This document shows, piece after piece, positions 48,568-62,610 of a stretch of 64,000 nucleotides of DNA (the first letter of the stretch is position 1; each line of letters opens with the position of its first letter). The notes beneath the pieces are model-generated. The model did no database searches and had not been told where the DNA came from. It saw nothing but the letters and a program-made list of their open reading frames with translations. The stretch is taken from NCBI RefSeq assembly GCF_004010195.1, contig NC_057750.1, positions 11,817,144 through 11,881,143 of the forward strand, given 5' to 3'. The translations under genes and the position numbers were made by a program. The stretch comes from Chiloscyllium plagiosum (Eukaryota).

Positions 48568-50355
48568 ACAATAGACAATAGGTGCAGGAGTAGGCCATTC
48601 TGCTCTTTGAGCCAGCACCACCAATCATTTTGATCATGGCTGATAATCCTCAATCAGTATCCTGTTCCTGCCTTATCCCCATAACCCTTGATTCCACTAT
48701 CCTTAAGAGCTCTCCCCAACTCTTTCTTGAAAGTAACCAGAGACTTGGCCTCCACAGCCTTCTGGGGCAGACCATTCCATACACCCACCACTCTCTGGAT
48801 GAAGAGGTTTCTCCTCAACTCTGTTCTAAGTGGCCTACCCCTTATTTTTAAACTGTGTCCTCTGGTTCAGGACTCACCCATCAGCAGAAACATGCTTCCT
48901 GCCTCCAGCTTGTCCAATCCTTTAATAATCTTAAACGTCTCTATCAGATCCCCTCTCAGCCTTCTAAACTCAAGCGTATACAAGCCCAGTTGCTCCAATC
49001 TTTCAGCGTAAGGTAGTCCCGCCATTCCAGGAATTGACCTCGTGAACCTACGCTGCACTCCCTTAATAGCCAGGATGTCTTTCCTCAAATTTGAGGAATA
49101 CTGCGCACAATATTCCAGGTGCGGTCTCACCAGGGCCATATACAGCTGCAGAAGGACCTCTTTGCTTCTATACTCAATTCCTCTTGTTATGAAGGCCAGC
49201 ATGCTATTAGCTTTCTTCACTGCCTGCTGTACCTGCATGCTTGCTTTCATTGACTGATGTACAAGAACACCTAGATCTTGTTGTACTGCCCCTTTACCTA
49301 ACTTGACTCCATTTAGGTAGTAATCTGCCTTCCTGTTCTTGCCACCAAAGTGGATAACCACACATTTATCCACATTAAACTGCGTCTGCCATGCATCCGT
49401 CCACTCACCTAGCCTAACCAGGTCACCCTGTATTCTCCTAACAACCTCTTCACATTTCACCCTGCCACCCAGCTTTGTGTCATCAGCAAATTTGCCAATA
49501 TTACTTTTAATACCTTCATTTATGTCATTAATGTACATTGTAAAAAGCTGCGGTCCCAGTACTGATCCCTGCGGCACTCCACTGGTCACCATTCCGAAAT
49601 GGATCCGTTTATCACTACTCTTTATTGCCTGTCAGCCAAACAATTTTCAATCCATGTCAGTATTTTGCCCCTAATACCATGTGCCATAATTTTGCTCACT
49701 AATCTGCTACGTGGGACTTTATCAAAGGCTTTCTGAAAGTCCAGGTATACTACATCCACTGGATCTCCCTTGTCCATCTTCAGAGTTACATCCTCAAAAA
49801 ATTCCAGAAGATTAGTCAAGCATGATTTCCCCATCATATTTCCATGCTGACTCTGACCTATTCTGTTACTCCTATCCAGATGTGTTGTAATTTCGTCCTT
49901 TATAATTGACTCCAGCATTTTTCCCACCACTGAGGTCAGACTAATTGGTCTATAATTCTCTGTTTTCTCTCTCCCTCCTTTCTTAAAAAGTGGGACAACA
50001 TTAGCCACCCTCCAATCCACAGGAACTGATCCTGAATCTATAGAACATTGGAAAATGATCACCAATGCATCCACGATTTCTAGAGCCACCTCCTTCAGTA
50101 CCCTGGGATGCAGACCATCATGCCCCAGGGACTTATCAGCCTTCAGACCTAACAGTCTCTCCAATGCAATTTCCTGCCTAATATAAATTCCCTTCAGTTC
50201 AGGTCCTTCAGCCACTATTACATCTGGGAGATTGCTCGTGTCTTCCCCAGTGAAGACAGATCTAAAGTACCAATTCAACTCTTCTGCCATTTCTTTGTTC
50301 TCCATAATAAGTTCACCTGTTTCTGTCTTCAAGGGCCCAATTTTAGTCTTAATTA
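48568..50355 (-). mobile_element. CR1 LINE, 5'-truncated ORF2 with a well-preserved RT
   Basis: ORFs 49622-50398 and 48867-49592: NYRPISLTSVVGK, YLDFQKAFDKV, GVPQGSVLGPQLF, FADDTK; (GACAATA)n tail. Confidence 0.95.
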
Positions 50356-51660
50356 GGGTGAGGTGGCTTGTGATTGGTGATTTCTGAAGAAGTGTCACAT
50401 TGGACTGGAAATTTTAACTCTGTTTCCACCCTGATAGACGCTGCCAAAGAATGCTGAATTTCTCACTCAATAAATGCGAGATACCGTGTATGTTGGAAAT
50501 CCGAATTAAAAACAGTATGCTGGAGAAAGTCATTAGGTCTGGCAGCATCTTTGGAGAGAGAAACAGAGTTCAGTCTGAATCCAGTATCAAAAAATGTTGC
50601 TCTGGAAAAGCACAGCAGATCAGGCAGCATCTGAGGAGCAGGAATTGATGTTTCGGGCAGAAGCCTGTCACGAATCCAGTATGACTTCTTCAGAACCACT
50701 GCTGGATTTCTCCAGTATTTTGTGTGTTTACTTCCAACATGTGAGACTGGGCACTAGATTAGTGTTGCCAAGAGAAAATAGTTTGATTCTGTGGCAGGTT
50801 TACATTTAGGTCAAAAACTTTGAAGTCATGAAGCTTTCTGAATATTTATTCTGAACTGTTAGCTGCCAGAGTTAGTTTCAAGGCCTTTTTTTTGAGTAGG
50901 AAGTAATCATTTGCTGCTGATGGATAAAACAAAATCACGTAATCACTAGGTAGGGAAGATTGGCTACGTTCAAATTATTGAATAAAATGTAATCTCATAA
51001 TCGCTTTGAAGCTGTTTGGCTGGGTTGAGAAATATAAACTTTGATTTATTGGAAACCTGTTCAGCAGAAGAATGGTTTTCTATGCTTCAGTCATCTTGGC
51101 TGCATTGTTTTGACAAGCATTGGTTTTGTTTGGAATTAATATTTAACATGGAATGCTTAATTGTGAAGAGACCTTGCCTGGTACTTAAACTATCGATGTC
51201 CGAAATGAAGAAATCGATTAACAGAGCTGCACAATCAATGGTCATCCTTCTTAATTCGGCGAGTAATTAATTGCATGAGGGGAGAGTTTAGACCTCTGAA
51301 CTTCCTGGAAAAATTTAGACTTTAAACCCACCCTACACTTCTTTGCAGAGAAGTGTATTGATAATATTGAAAGTGCCACACTGCATTTGATTATCTAAAA
51401 GTTAACGTTGCTAAGTTAAAGCATGAAATCTTCTAATCATGACAGTGCATGTCGAGGCCATTTAACCCATTGAGTTTGGACTGACCCTGCAAAGAGCATC
51501 TCACCCAGAACCACTCTACCCCTGTAAACCCACATTTACCATGCCAAATCCACTAGCCTGCATATCCTTGAACTCTACAAGGCAATTTAGCATGGTCAAA
51601 CCACCTAAACTGCACATCTTTGTGCTGTGGGAGAAAACTGGAGCACCTGGTGGAAACATG

Positions 51661-51996
51661 GGGCTGCATGGTGGCGTGGTGGTTAGCACTGCTGCCTCAC
51701 AGTGCCAGGGACCTGGGTTCGATTCCAACCTGTTTGTGTGGAGTTTGCATATTGTCCCAGAGTCTGCGTTGGTTTCCTACAGGTGTCTGGTTTCCTCCCA
51801 CAATCCAAAGATGTGCAGGTTAGGTGAATTGCCATGCTATGCTAAATTGCCCATAGTGTTCAGGAGTGTATAGGTTAGGTGCATATACGACAATAGGGTA
51901 GGAGAATGGGTCGGGAGGGGTTACTCTTCAGAGAGTCAGTATGGACTTTTTGGGACGAAGGGCCTGCTTCCATAATGTAGGGATTATAAGTATTCT
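51661..51996 (+). mobile_element. V-SINE nested inside an antisense V-SINE (about 51445-52085)
   Basis: aaacatg duplicated at 51654-51660 and 51997-52003. Confidence 0.75.
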
Positions 51997-53280
51997 AAAC
52001 ATGCAAACTCCATACAGACAGCCACATAAGGCTAGAATTGAACCTAAGTCTCTGTCGCTGTGAGGCAGGAGGGCTGTGCTGCCCCAAATGAAATGGTGAC
52101 ATACAGAAACCGTCCTGGACCGAGACCATTTATGGGATAAACTAAGAAAAAGGAAAACAGCTTCAACTTATTAGCAGATTCCAAAGTACGTAAACCATTG
52201 GATTGAGACAGCCAGCTTGAACAATTGAATAAATAATGAAACACTGTAATCTGTTACTGGTGAGGTTGAGAGTGTTAAACAGGACTGTGCTGTACTTAGT
52301 GCTGTTGTATCTTTTTTTTGCACTCCCTGAGTTTGCAGAGTGTGCTCTTGGTTTAACTTCTCAGTTTGCCACACGCTTTAGGAAGTTATCACTTCAGTCC
52401 ATCTAAACTATATGTTCAAATCTGCAGTGGGATTTCCAATCTGCTAACCTGTGACTGTAAGGTGATGCCAGCCAATCATAAGGGAACAAATACTAAGTTC
52501 CTTAATCTGAAAATATGTTTGAGAAAATGCAAAAGATACTTGGTAGGATACAGCTTTAAATATGGGAACATGAACAGGCAGTTTAGTTCCAAGTCTGTTC
52601 CACCTTTTAGAAAAATCTGCTGACTTCATTGTACCTGCCTTTGACCCTTCTCCTCTTTTAATACCTTTGCTTAACAATAAAACAAACCTTAGATTTTAAA
52701 TCTAACAGTTGTATTGCATAGTTGCTGAAACGGAAAAGTGTTCAAATCTTCTGCGTCTCTTTGTGTTTTCTGATTTCATTACTGTGAAAGGTCTTGCTCT
52801 AATTAACTGTGCAATGAAATCCTAGACTCTGTGTAACCAGCAGAAACAGTTTCTCCTCATTTACCCAATCCTGTTCCGTTTAGTATGTTAAAAACTTCTG
52901 TCCCGTCGCCCTCCTTTTTTTAATATAAGTACAGTGGATACAGCCTTCGTTTGTGTGGTCTCATTTTCTAATGTAAGTCTTGGAATTTGGAGATGATTGT
53001 AGTAAATCAAAGTTGAATTCCCAAGTCTAATATAGACGAACCCCAATTGTCCGAATGAGATGGGCAGGTAGTATTTCGTTTGGACAATTGATTATTCGGC
53101 TAACTGATTTAATGCCTCTCCTCTGGGACTGCAAAGTTTCTGTTTTCCTCGCTCTGCCTGCCTTGCTCCCTCTCTCTGTCTCAGGGTTTGTTTCTGAGCA
53201 GACACATCAGTTGTGTATAAGGGATGTGCAGCATTGCGTAAGGCCCCTCTCCACCTCAAAAAAAAGTCAGTTCATTGGGA

Positions 53281-53715
53281 TAGACAATAGGTGCAGGAGT
53301 AGGCCATTCAGCCCTTCGAGCCTGCACCGCCATTCAATATGATCATGGCTGATCATTCCTAATCAGTGTCCTCTTCCTGCCTTATTTCCATAACCCTTGA
53401 TTCCACTATCTTTGAGAGCTCTATCCAACTCTTTCTTAAATGAATCCAGAGACTGGGCCTCCACTGCCCTCTGGGGCAGAGCATTCCACACAGCCACCAC
53501 TCTCTGGGTGAAGAAGTTTCTCCTCATCTATGTCCTAAATGGTCTACCCTATATTTTTAAGCTGTGACCTCTGGTTCGGCACTCACCCATTAGGGGAAAC
53601 ATGTTTCCTGCTGCTAGAGTGTGCAATCCTTTCATAATCTTATATGTCTCAATCAGATCCCCTCTCAGTCGTCTAAACTCAAGGGTATACAAGCCCAGTC
53701 GCTTCAGTCTTTCAC
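53281..53715 (-). mobile_element. CR1 3' end, same subfamily as 48568
   Basis: tagacaataggtgcaggagtaggccattc tail identity. Confidence 0.85.
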
Positions 53716-54040
53716 AGCAAGCACTTGCTTAGTCCACTCCCCGTTCAGTAGACAAGGGAGCAGCACACTGTGTGCATACTCCCACAGAGATTATCTGGGG
53801 AAGGGACTTTTCGGGTACACCCCTGTGTAGAACTCCAGGGAAAGTGTGCGGAGGGAGAGGGCGGGTGGTCAGTCATTTGGAGACGGTACCTGGGCTCCCA
53901 TCGATGTTCAGCATTTCAGTAAGCCAAATTCATTTTTAATCATTGTAAATAAAAGATGCAATCAGTGTTGGAAATACCTGTTTAATGTAATTTTTTTTCA
54001 GACCTTGAGGTTTTCTTCGGATAATTGAGGTTCCTCTGTA
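53716..54040. mobile_element. Tigger/pogo-like DNA transposon end
   Basis: Ends in cggataattgaggttcctctg-TA, matching the TIR of the 60804 MITE. Confidence 0.5.
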
Positions 54041-54197
54041 AATCCGAAGGTGTGACTGGAACTGCTCATGAGATATGGTCTAAACAAGGCTCTGCATTGC
54101 CGAAGCTCCATTTCTGTCTATTTATATTGTAGTCCGTTCAAATTAAAGATGGATATTCCATTTCTGATTATTTCCTGTACCTGGTCATGACATTTGG

Positions 54198-54515
54198 TGG
54201 GCGGCACAGTGGTTAGCACTGTTGCCTCACAGCGCTAGAGACCCGGGTTCAATTCCCGCCTCAGGCGACTGACTGTGGAGTTCGCACGTTCTCCCCGTGT
54301 CTGCGTGGGTTTCCTCCGGGTGCTCCGGTTTCCTCCCACAGTCCAAAGGTGTGCAGGTCAGGTGAATTGACCATGCTAAATTGCCCGTAGTGTTAGGTAA
54401 GGGGTAAATGTAGGGGTATGGGTGGGTTGTGCTTCGGCGGGGCGGTGTGGACTTGTTGGGCCAAAGGGCCTGTTTCCACACTGTAAGTAATCTAATCCAA
54501 TCTAATCTAATCTAA
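54198..54515 (+). mobile_element. Young V-SINE
   Basis: Near-identical to the 8095 copy. Confidence 0.9.
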
Positions 54516-55824
54516 TTTTGATGATCATTACAGCACCCCAAGTCTCACCTGTTTGTCCCCTATTTTTAGTCCTTCACCATTTGGAAATCAGGGGTTGAAA
54601 CGATTCTTCTTCCCTCATCTCTTCCTATCTCATGAAATCATTAGGACTTTCTTGGGGACCTTTTTTTATTTTTAGGGGCTCTTTGCAATTAAAGCCTCCA
54701 CTAAAGGATATGTTACCCACTTCCTTTAAGACCCGTGTCATTGTCTAAACCATAATGCTTTATTGATTATTGCTCTGCTTTGTTTAATTTTGGGAATCCC
54801 TGTGCCGGTTCAATATTAATACTTTTAAGCTGTTTAAATTGGTGAATTCAATATTCAATGCAACTAAAAACTGATGCAAACTAAGTGTTCCTAAACTTGC
54901 AGTGTTCGTGATAATAAGGAAATTAAGGATGCCAGGTTGCTGTTGAAAACCATTAGAGGGTTGACTTTCTGAGCTGTCTTTGACTTTGTGTAATCCTGGA
55001 TGATCTGCCTCAACCCCACTTCCCCATCCAATCTTTGTAACATTCATTTCTCATAGAGAACACATGTCTATCACAGCAATTCTTTTTCTTGATTGTAAAA
55101 TTTATGTTAATCTTGATATATCCCTCACAAATTTATTTTAATTCTCTCTTTATAGCTCTGGCTATCTGTTTTCTCATTCATTGCTGGTTTAGCAAACCTC
55201 TTCAATGAGACTTATGTTTTCTTTTTTGAATTTGCAGATACTTTCTGTTTTAGTCTTGTGTCTTTCTGACCTGGCTGGGTTTTTTTGGTGGATAGAGTTC
55301 TTGCCCGTAAAGATATAAACTAGTTCTGGATCATATTCTATTTTGGAATGTCACTTGCTGATCTGCTGATTTTTCTTTTAACCACTAAAACCTTTTGCCC
55401 AGATAACTGTCTCTGGCTCATCACATGGAAACCAGCTTTGCCTAAATTTAGAAGCAATTATTTTTCACGTTTCTCCCTTTCAATCACTGTGTTGGAAATA
55501 CGATGGAGAGGAGGTCATTGCTGAAACAGTTAAGGATTATTGGGCTTGGAGCGCTATCTGACAAACTCTTACAGCAATATCCCAGGACTTAAATTATTGA
55601 TTTTTGCCTCTTGAAGGCCATTTTCCGCTGCGTTAGTTAGGACTCCAGCTAATGGAGAGTTTCTCCTCTGATTCCCCTAGACCTCACTTTTATTTGTGGT
55701 TTTAAATGGCACAGTCAGTCACATGCTGGCTTTCACATCAAGGACAGTCACTCGTCTTATTCGCATCTTTGGAATACAATTCTTCTGTCCATGTTTGGAA
55801 CAAGGCTGTTACAAGCTCTTTGGA

Positions 55825-56590
55825 ACGTAGGAGAGTAGGACATTCCAACATCTCAATCCTGCTTCTCTCTATTCCAAATCATGGCTGATCATTTACCTTA
55901 ACAGCATATTCCTGTGCTGTCCCTAAATCCCTTGATACCTTTAATATTTAGAAACCTATAAATTTCTGCCTTGAACTCGCTTGATGATTGAGCTTCCACA
56001 TACCTCTGAGGTAGAGAATTTCTAAGAATCACCACCCTCTGAATAAAGAGATTCCTCCTCAACTCATAGTTTACCTTGTATTCTGAGACTCTCTTCCCTG
56101 GATCTAGATACCACAGCTCGGAGAAAAATCCTTTCTGCATCTACTGTGTTCATCCATTGTAGGATATTGTAAATTTCTGAGTCACATTCTTCTGAATTCC
56201 AGAGAATACAGGCCCAGTCTCGATGCATCCACTGCATTCCTTCTATGGCAAGTACATGCTTATCAAGGCAAGGAGACCAGAACTATTCCAGATGGGGTTT
56301 CACTAGTGTTCTGTGCAACTGAAGAAAGACAATAATTGCTTCTTCCCTCAAATCATCTTAACAATAAAGTCTAATGACTCGTTTGCCATCTGAATTACTT
56401 TCAGGACATGCATGTGAGCTTTCAGTGATTGAGAAACAAAGGCACCTAGGCCTCTTTCCATTTTCCAATATCTCACCATTTATAAAAATACTCTGGACCT
56501 TTGTCTCTCCTACCAAAGTGGAGCTTCACAGATACTCTAATTATATTCCACTTGTCATACTCTTGATCATTTCTATCAGTCTATTTTTCT
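55825..56590 (-). mobile_element. Degenerate CR1 3' fragment
   Basis: RRNLFIQRVVILRNSLPQRYVEAQSSSEFKAEI. Confidence 0.7.
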
Positions 56591-56673
56591 TATGAACCTG
56601 TTCAGAAATATTATTACATAGCTCTGAAGCAGTACTCTGACCTCCCTATCATGAGTAGGGACACTATCATTGC

Positions 56674-56797
56674 TGGAAATGTGTTGCTGGAAAAGCGCAG
56701 CAGGTCAGGCAGCATCCAGGGAACAGGAGAATCGACGTTTCGTGCATAAGCCCTTCTTCAGGAATCACTGTTGATTCCTGAATCAACATGTTGATTT
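56674..56797 (-). mobile_element. Short element with a hammerhead motif (56729-56766, - strand)
   Basis: 13-bp TSD acactatcattgc at 56661-56673 and 56798-56810; gattc-CTGAAGA-a-gggc-ttat-gcac-GAAA-cg-TC-gattc. Confidence 0.7.
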
Positions 56798-59700
56798 ACA
56801 CTATCATTGCACCAAAAGAGGATTCCTGAATCCCCTTGAAACCTCTTTGCATCCTCCTCAAAACCCACATTTCCATTAAGCTTTGTATCTGTGTACTTGC
56901 AAATGTTGCAAGGTATGGAGGTGTGGGGAGTTAGTAGAATCCAAATTAGGTATTGGTGTGTAAATCCTGGTAGCACTGCCAGCTAAATTTGGCTTTTAGC
57001 TATCTAGAATTTGGTCTGCCCCATTGCGGTATATTGTTGCTAATCAAAATCTGCAACTTGAGTCCCACCTACTGTATATGTCTGCAATAACAGATTGATA
57101 AAAATACCTGTATGTCAAATGTGGGTACAACAAAGAAGCATAGGAGTCTTGTGGCACACTGCCAATGTCTCTACCTCTGGACGAGAAGATCTCAGTTCAA
57201 GTTCCACCTGCCCTAGAGTTGAGTTATATAATGTCTGGTAAGAGCTCATGTGACACAGTGGTAATGTCCCTACCTCTGGGCCAGAAGGCCCTAGTTCAGG
57301 TCTCACCTTGCAACATGTCTCAACATGTTGATTTAAAAATATCTATACTTACCATAGAAGCTGTGCAGTGGAAGCTCACCACACTGAGGCAGGGCCTGTG
57401 TCCATTTGCTCGTGTCTAATTCTCCCTAAACCATGGTTTAGGCAATGACCTCTGCACTTTTAAGTTCTTTCACCCTGCTCTCCTTGCCTACTGTTCTGTG
57501 TTGTTGGTCCCAAAATAGACATTAAACACTGAGTCATTCCACTTTCTCCAAAATCCTTACAAGCCAGCTCAGGATGTATCTCACCCTGGCTGCAGGCATG
57601 TAATATATGATGTAGAACTGTCACTTGATTTCTAAAAGTTCTGTCCTCCTAATTGTTGAAACTTTTAGAACTCTCTCTCTTTTCTCTTCCTACCTGCTCG
57701 GTCCACAGAGAAGGTATGAAACAAAAACAGTTATCCTTACCCTCATGGGTACATTGTAGGATGGGATTATCTTCCACAGATTCTCATTTCCTATCCTTGC
57801 TGGCTCACACTATCAGCCACAGTCCATTCTACATCGCGTTATAGAGTGTGTCCAAGGTCTGGATTGAATTGTCCAGATACTTCTCTGTTTCTTTGAGTGA
57901 CTGTCCCCAATTCACAATCGAGATCAATGACTCTGAGTTGGGGAGAACGTAGACCGAGATATCTTTACATGTTTGCTCAGGGCAGTCTTGTGGTCTTCAA
58001 ACCAAAGCCTAGATACACATATTGCTGTACCATATCTGAGTTTAAATTATTTATATCTACCTTGTTTTTCAACACACTGACTGAAAGCGAGCATTTGTGC
58101 CATCAACCTTTACATTCCATTTGCAACTACTGTACTCGGGTATGCCAGGAAATGTTGTTAACTTTTATACACCTTTGAGCAATTGCTGACTCAGCTTCCT
58201 GCTCGCAGTAATTAGGAGTTATGTAAGGCAATTACTTCCAGCTGCTTAATATTCATCACACTGTGAGGCAATTTCTATGAACTAATTTGATTTTTGTTTT
58301 TGCTGATCTTGAATTCAAGGTATTCAACCAAGTTTTGGTTTGAGAACTGCTCATCTATTACTTACCAGCTAAAAAGCTGATTGCTGCAATGGAGGGACTT
58401 TGTATTTGGGAAGGCATTGATTTGAGTTGAGATCTTGTTTTTTAGGTAGCTTCAGTTCAATAAAATGAATGGTTCCCAAGATCCTTGGGTTTAAGAACCC
58501 CTTTACCCACGGCTCAGTAATCACAGACTATATAACACTCGATATCTCACTAAATTTGAGATGAATAATTTGTTGGGTGGCATTAAGTTAGATCCAGGAC
58601 TTGTATATTTGGTTAATTATTGTGGCTTTTGCTATGGATTCTTATTACCCAACAATTGAATGCGATATTTCATTTTGGATATTGAGGTTTATGAATTAAA
58701 AGTTGTAACTAAGGCCAAGATAGTAGGACATTCTGATGGGAATAAATGGGTGTTACTGTGTTCATGATTAAACTAGGTGGGAAGCTAAATATCGCTGCCT
58801 CTTATTTGAAGGCCAGTTACAGAAGATTAAATCAACCATGAAAGAATTCCAAGTCATTTTCCATTAAATAGATAAATTGTGATGTTTCAATGGTAACTAG
58901 TCAGGATTTGGTTTTAGAAATTGCATTTTTAGTGGGAAATCTTTGGTGACCAGGAGGCCCAAACTCATTTGGCAATACTGCATAATTCAGTGTAATCAGG
59001 CTTTGATTTATTAGTTAAGCATATTCAGAGGGTGACTTTCCCACTTGCGTTCTGTTCTCCTTGTAGATTTGTGCAGTATTATGGGTCAGCGTCTTGTTCG
59101 TTCTGAGCAGCTCGTTAGGAGCATTTAAGAGATGTTTTGGGCTGGAGTTTCGCGACTAAAGTAGGTGACTCCATTAGCAAAATTTCCCAGCTCGGCTTCT
59201 GGGTTCTTCCTGCTATTTTAAAGGTCTCTGAAGTCCCACTCAGCACTTGCACACCATTGTTGCTAAGAATCGGTCTGAGGCCTCATTCATTTCTTTTGCA
59301 ATGTCTGTTCTGGCTTCTAGATGTTCACTGCATTAAACTTGCCTTCCTTCCATGGGCTAAAGTGAATATGTACTGGATTGCAGCGCCAGATGATGTTCAA
59401 ATGTATGAGAGTTTCATGCTTATGAGGACATGATTGTAGTTTGTAAGTACCTGTATAGCTGATAAAGAATTTGTGATATGTAGTCACTTTTCAAGTTGGT
59501 AAACCACCAAGTCCCACAATCAGTGTTTTATTGCTATTGAGGATTTATGTTTAACGTGAGAAAAATGTCCAATCTCCTGAGCAGTCTCATTTTTCACAGG
59601 TAAATATAGATTTGACATTTCAACTAAAAGGCAGGAACCTCCAATAGTGCAGCAGCCAATGTACCAGATTCCACAAATGACTGCATATGCTGATGCTTGA

Positions 59701-59952
59701 GGACTACTTAAAGTGCTGTGGATTCATTATGTCCATTTAATGGGCAAACAGAGTCTCAGTTTAATATTTTATCTGAAGGATGGCATCTCTGATACCGTAG
59801 CACTTCTTCAGTACTGAACTAGTATGTGATCGTTGATTATATGCTGTCATCTTGCATGGAGTTTGAACCCCAGTCTTCTGGCTTGTAGAAGGATGTTACC
59901 ATTCAATGAGTCAGTTGGGATTGAATGCTAAGTGTTCAGCAGCCTTTATTGT

Positions 59953-60178
59953 GGGCGGCACGGTGGCACAGTGGTTAGCACTGCTGCTTCACAGCGCCAG
60001 AGACCCGGGTTCAGTTCCCGCCTCAGGCGACTGACTGTGTGGAGTTTGCACGTTCTCCCCGTGTCTGCGTGGGTTTCCTCCGGGTGCTCCTGTTTCCTCC
60101 CACAGTCCAAAGATGTTGTGGACTTGTTGGGCCGAAGGGCCTGTTTCCACACTGTAATCTAATCTAATCTAATCTAAT
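59953..60178 (+). mobile_element. Young V-SINE with an internal deletion
   Basis: Head and core joined directly to the tail. Confidence 0.85.
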
Positions 60179-60803
60179 CCAGAACTGCAAGACTCTCTTG
60201 ATTCATGTCTGATTATCATTGCTTTAGTAACTGTTAATGTTGAGCCTGGTGCTTGTAATTTTCCTGGAGCTGAAAGGACTAAATCTGTTTGATCTACACA
60301 ATTAACTACTTGTGTTCTTCAGGAGTGTGATGGTGAAAGATTCTCTGTGATATACCTGAAATTTCTATCTTAGTTACACATTTGTCTCTAGCTTATACTT
60401 TTTTGCTGTCCTTGTGCTTTTCCCTCTCCTTGATTATTTTGGTATATCTTTTATGCTTCGTCTTTTCAGATGGGTAGGCGTTTGCAAAGGAAAACAATTG
60501 GGAGGAATACACAGTAATGTGAAGTTGGTAGAGTCATTCTTTGATTTGCTTGGATTTTCTATTTTTATTACATGCCTGTCTGTGTGTGTTTATATCCCCT
60601 CCATCATTCACTCCTTATTGCTTTTCTTTCCTCATTGACACTTGTTTTTGTATATATGAACATCTTCTGCGCCACTCTGCTACCCTATTATTTGCAGTAT
60701 TTTTAAAAATTCCTTTTATATCTCTGTAGGAACTGTTTCTATATTTGGTTTGATTGCTTTCCATTGTACCTTGCTTTGAGAGAAAAGAGGAGCCACAGTA
60801 ATG

Positions 60804-60979
60804 CAGAGCAGCCTCAATTATCTGGCATTCAATCAACCAAATTTCGAATTATCCAAACAAGATCGCAAAGTCCAGATGCTTGGCTAACTGTTATCTGGCA
60901 TTCGATTATCTGGCATTCGATTAACCAACTGGAATACTTCCTGGGGGCTCGTGTCTTTCGGATAATCGAGGTTCCTCTG
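60804..60979. mobile_element. Tigger/pogo-like MITE
   Basis: TIRs cagagcagcctcaattatctg / cggataatcgaggttcctctg; internal ttatctggcattc repeats. Confidence 0.65.
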
Positions 60980-61079
60980 TGTATTGCATACCAGTCAACT
61001 CTAAGGGCAATGGATCCTTCCTATACACTCTATATAAGCCCATCAGGACCACCTACACTTGAGAATCAGTATTCATTGT

Positions 61080-62610
61080 CATTCAGATAAGCATGGGTTA
61101 GTCAATGACACTCGCTGTGGGTTTGTTAAGAGAAGGTCATGTCTGATTTACTTGATGGAATTTTTCAGGAAATAATGAGGGTCAACGAGATGATGTCGTC
61201 AGCACAGATTTTAGTAAAGCTTTTGTCAAGATTTTGTCAAATCTTTCCACAGGGGAAAGTGGCAAGTTAGATTTAAATTTGGTTTAGTGATAGGAAGCAC
61301 AGGGTAATGTTCAATGTGAGTTTGTGTGACTGGAGCATTGCTGAAAATGGTGTCTTGCAAACCTCGGTGCTCGGACTCTTGGTTTCTGTTGCACAATCTC
61401 TTCAACAGGTCTTAAATATAATGGCCATGATGATGCAAAAATGAACCTTTTGGTTGGTATTTGAGAAAAATGCAGAGGGACCTCTAAATTGATATCCACA
61501 GATTCTTAAAGATGACTAAATAGGTTGATAAAATGGCGAAGAAGGCACACAGGAAATGTTCTCTTATTAGTCAAAGCATGGAATATGAGTGGAATTGTTA
61601 CGTAAGAGTTGCATAAAATACCAATTATGCCAAAGCTATGGGATTGTATTCAATTCTGCTCACCATGCTACAAGAAGAATCTGTGTTAGAGTGGGTACAA
61701 AGGAGATTTACAGATGATTGTGCCAGGAATAGAAAATTGTAACTTTGAGGAAAGATTGAATGTGCTGAAGTTTATTTTCTTTGGAACAGTATGCACGAAT
61801 GGTAAGATTTAATTGGGCTGCATGAAATTTAAGGGACCCAGATAGAGTGCATGGGAAGGACCTGATGTCCTTTGGTTGCAAACATGATGATACAGGATTC
61901 AAGAGGCTAGTCAGAGGGAGGTTGAGGAGAAATGTTTTATGAATAGAAATATTTTTTCTGGGCGGCACAGTGGCTCAGTGGTTAGCACTGCAGCCTCACA
62001 ACACCAGCTTCGATTCCAGCCTCGGGTGACAGTCTGTGTGGAGTTTGCTCGTTCTCCCTATGTCTGCGTGGGTTTCCTCCGGGTGCTCAGGTTTCCTCCC
62101 AGATAACAGTTAGCCAAGCATCTGGACTTTGCGATCTTGTTTGGATAATGTGCAGGTCAGGTGAATTGGCCATGCTAAATTGCCCATAGTGTTAGGTGCA
62201 TTAGTCAGCGGGAAATGGGTCTGGGTGGGTCACTCTTCGGAGGGTCGGTGTGGACTGGCTGGGCCGAAGGGCCTGTTTCCACACTGTAGGGAATCTAATC
62301 TAATTTTCAGGGTGGTAAGGATCTGAATTTCATCATTTGAAAAGCTGTTTGAAGCAAAAATTCATTCCGTCGTGGGACAGATAATGTTGGTCATGGAGAG
62401 ATTAAGATATAAAATAGAGAATACTGTATGGTTCTCTTCCACCTCAGAAAGTTGTGGGTGCTCTCCCATTGAATGTATTTATTCACATGGGCAACCTAGG
62501 CATGTGGGAGTGCGTGGGAAGTGGAGCTGGGAGAGATTTATCCGTGATCATACTGAACGTGGAGTAGGCTTGAGGGGCTGTACAGTCAAATATGGCTCCT
62601 AATTCTTATG
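61080..62610 (+). mobile_element. Old CR1 RT/3' remnant containing a V-SINE (61959-62303)
   Basis: gattttagtaaagcttttg (DFSKAF) motif and degenerate tail. Confidence 0.6.

Noticed and set aside
53990..54030. Acceptor tttttttcag as HNRNPUL1 exon 2
   Set aside because: In-frame stop within a few codons, and it lies inside a DNA-transposon end.
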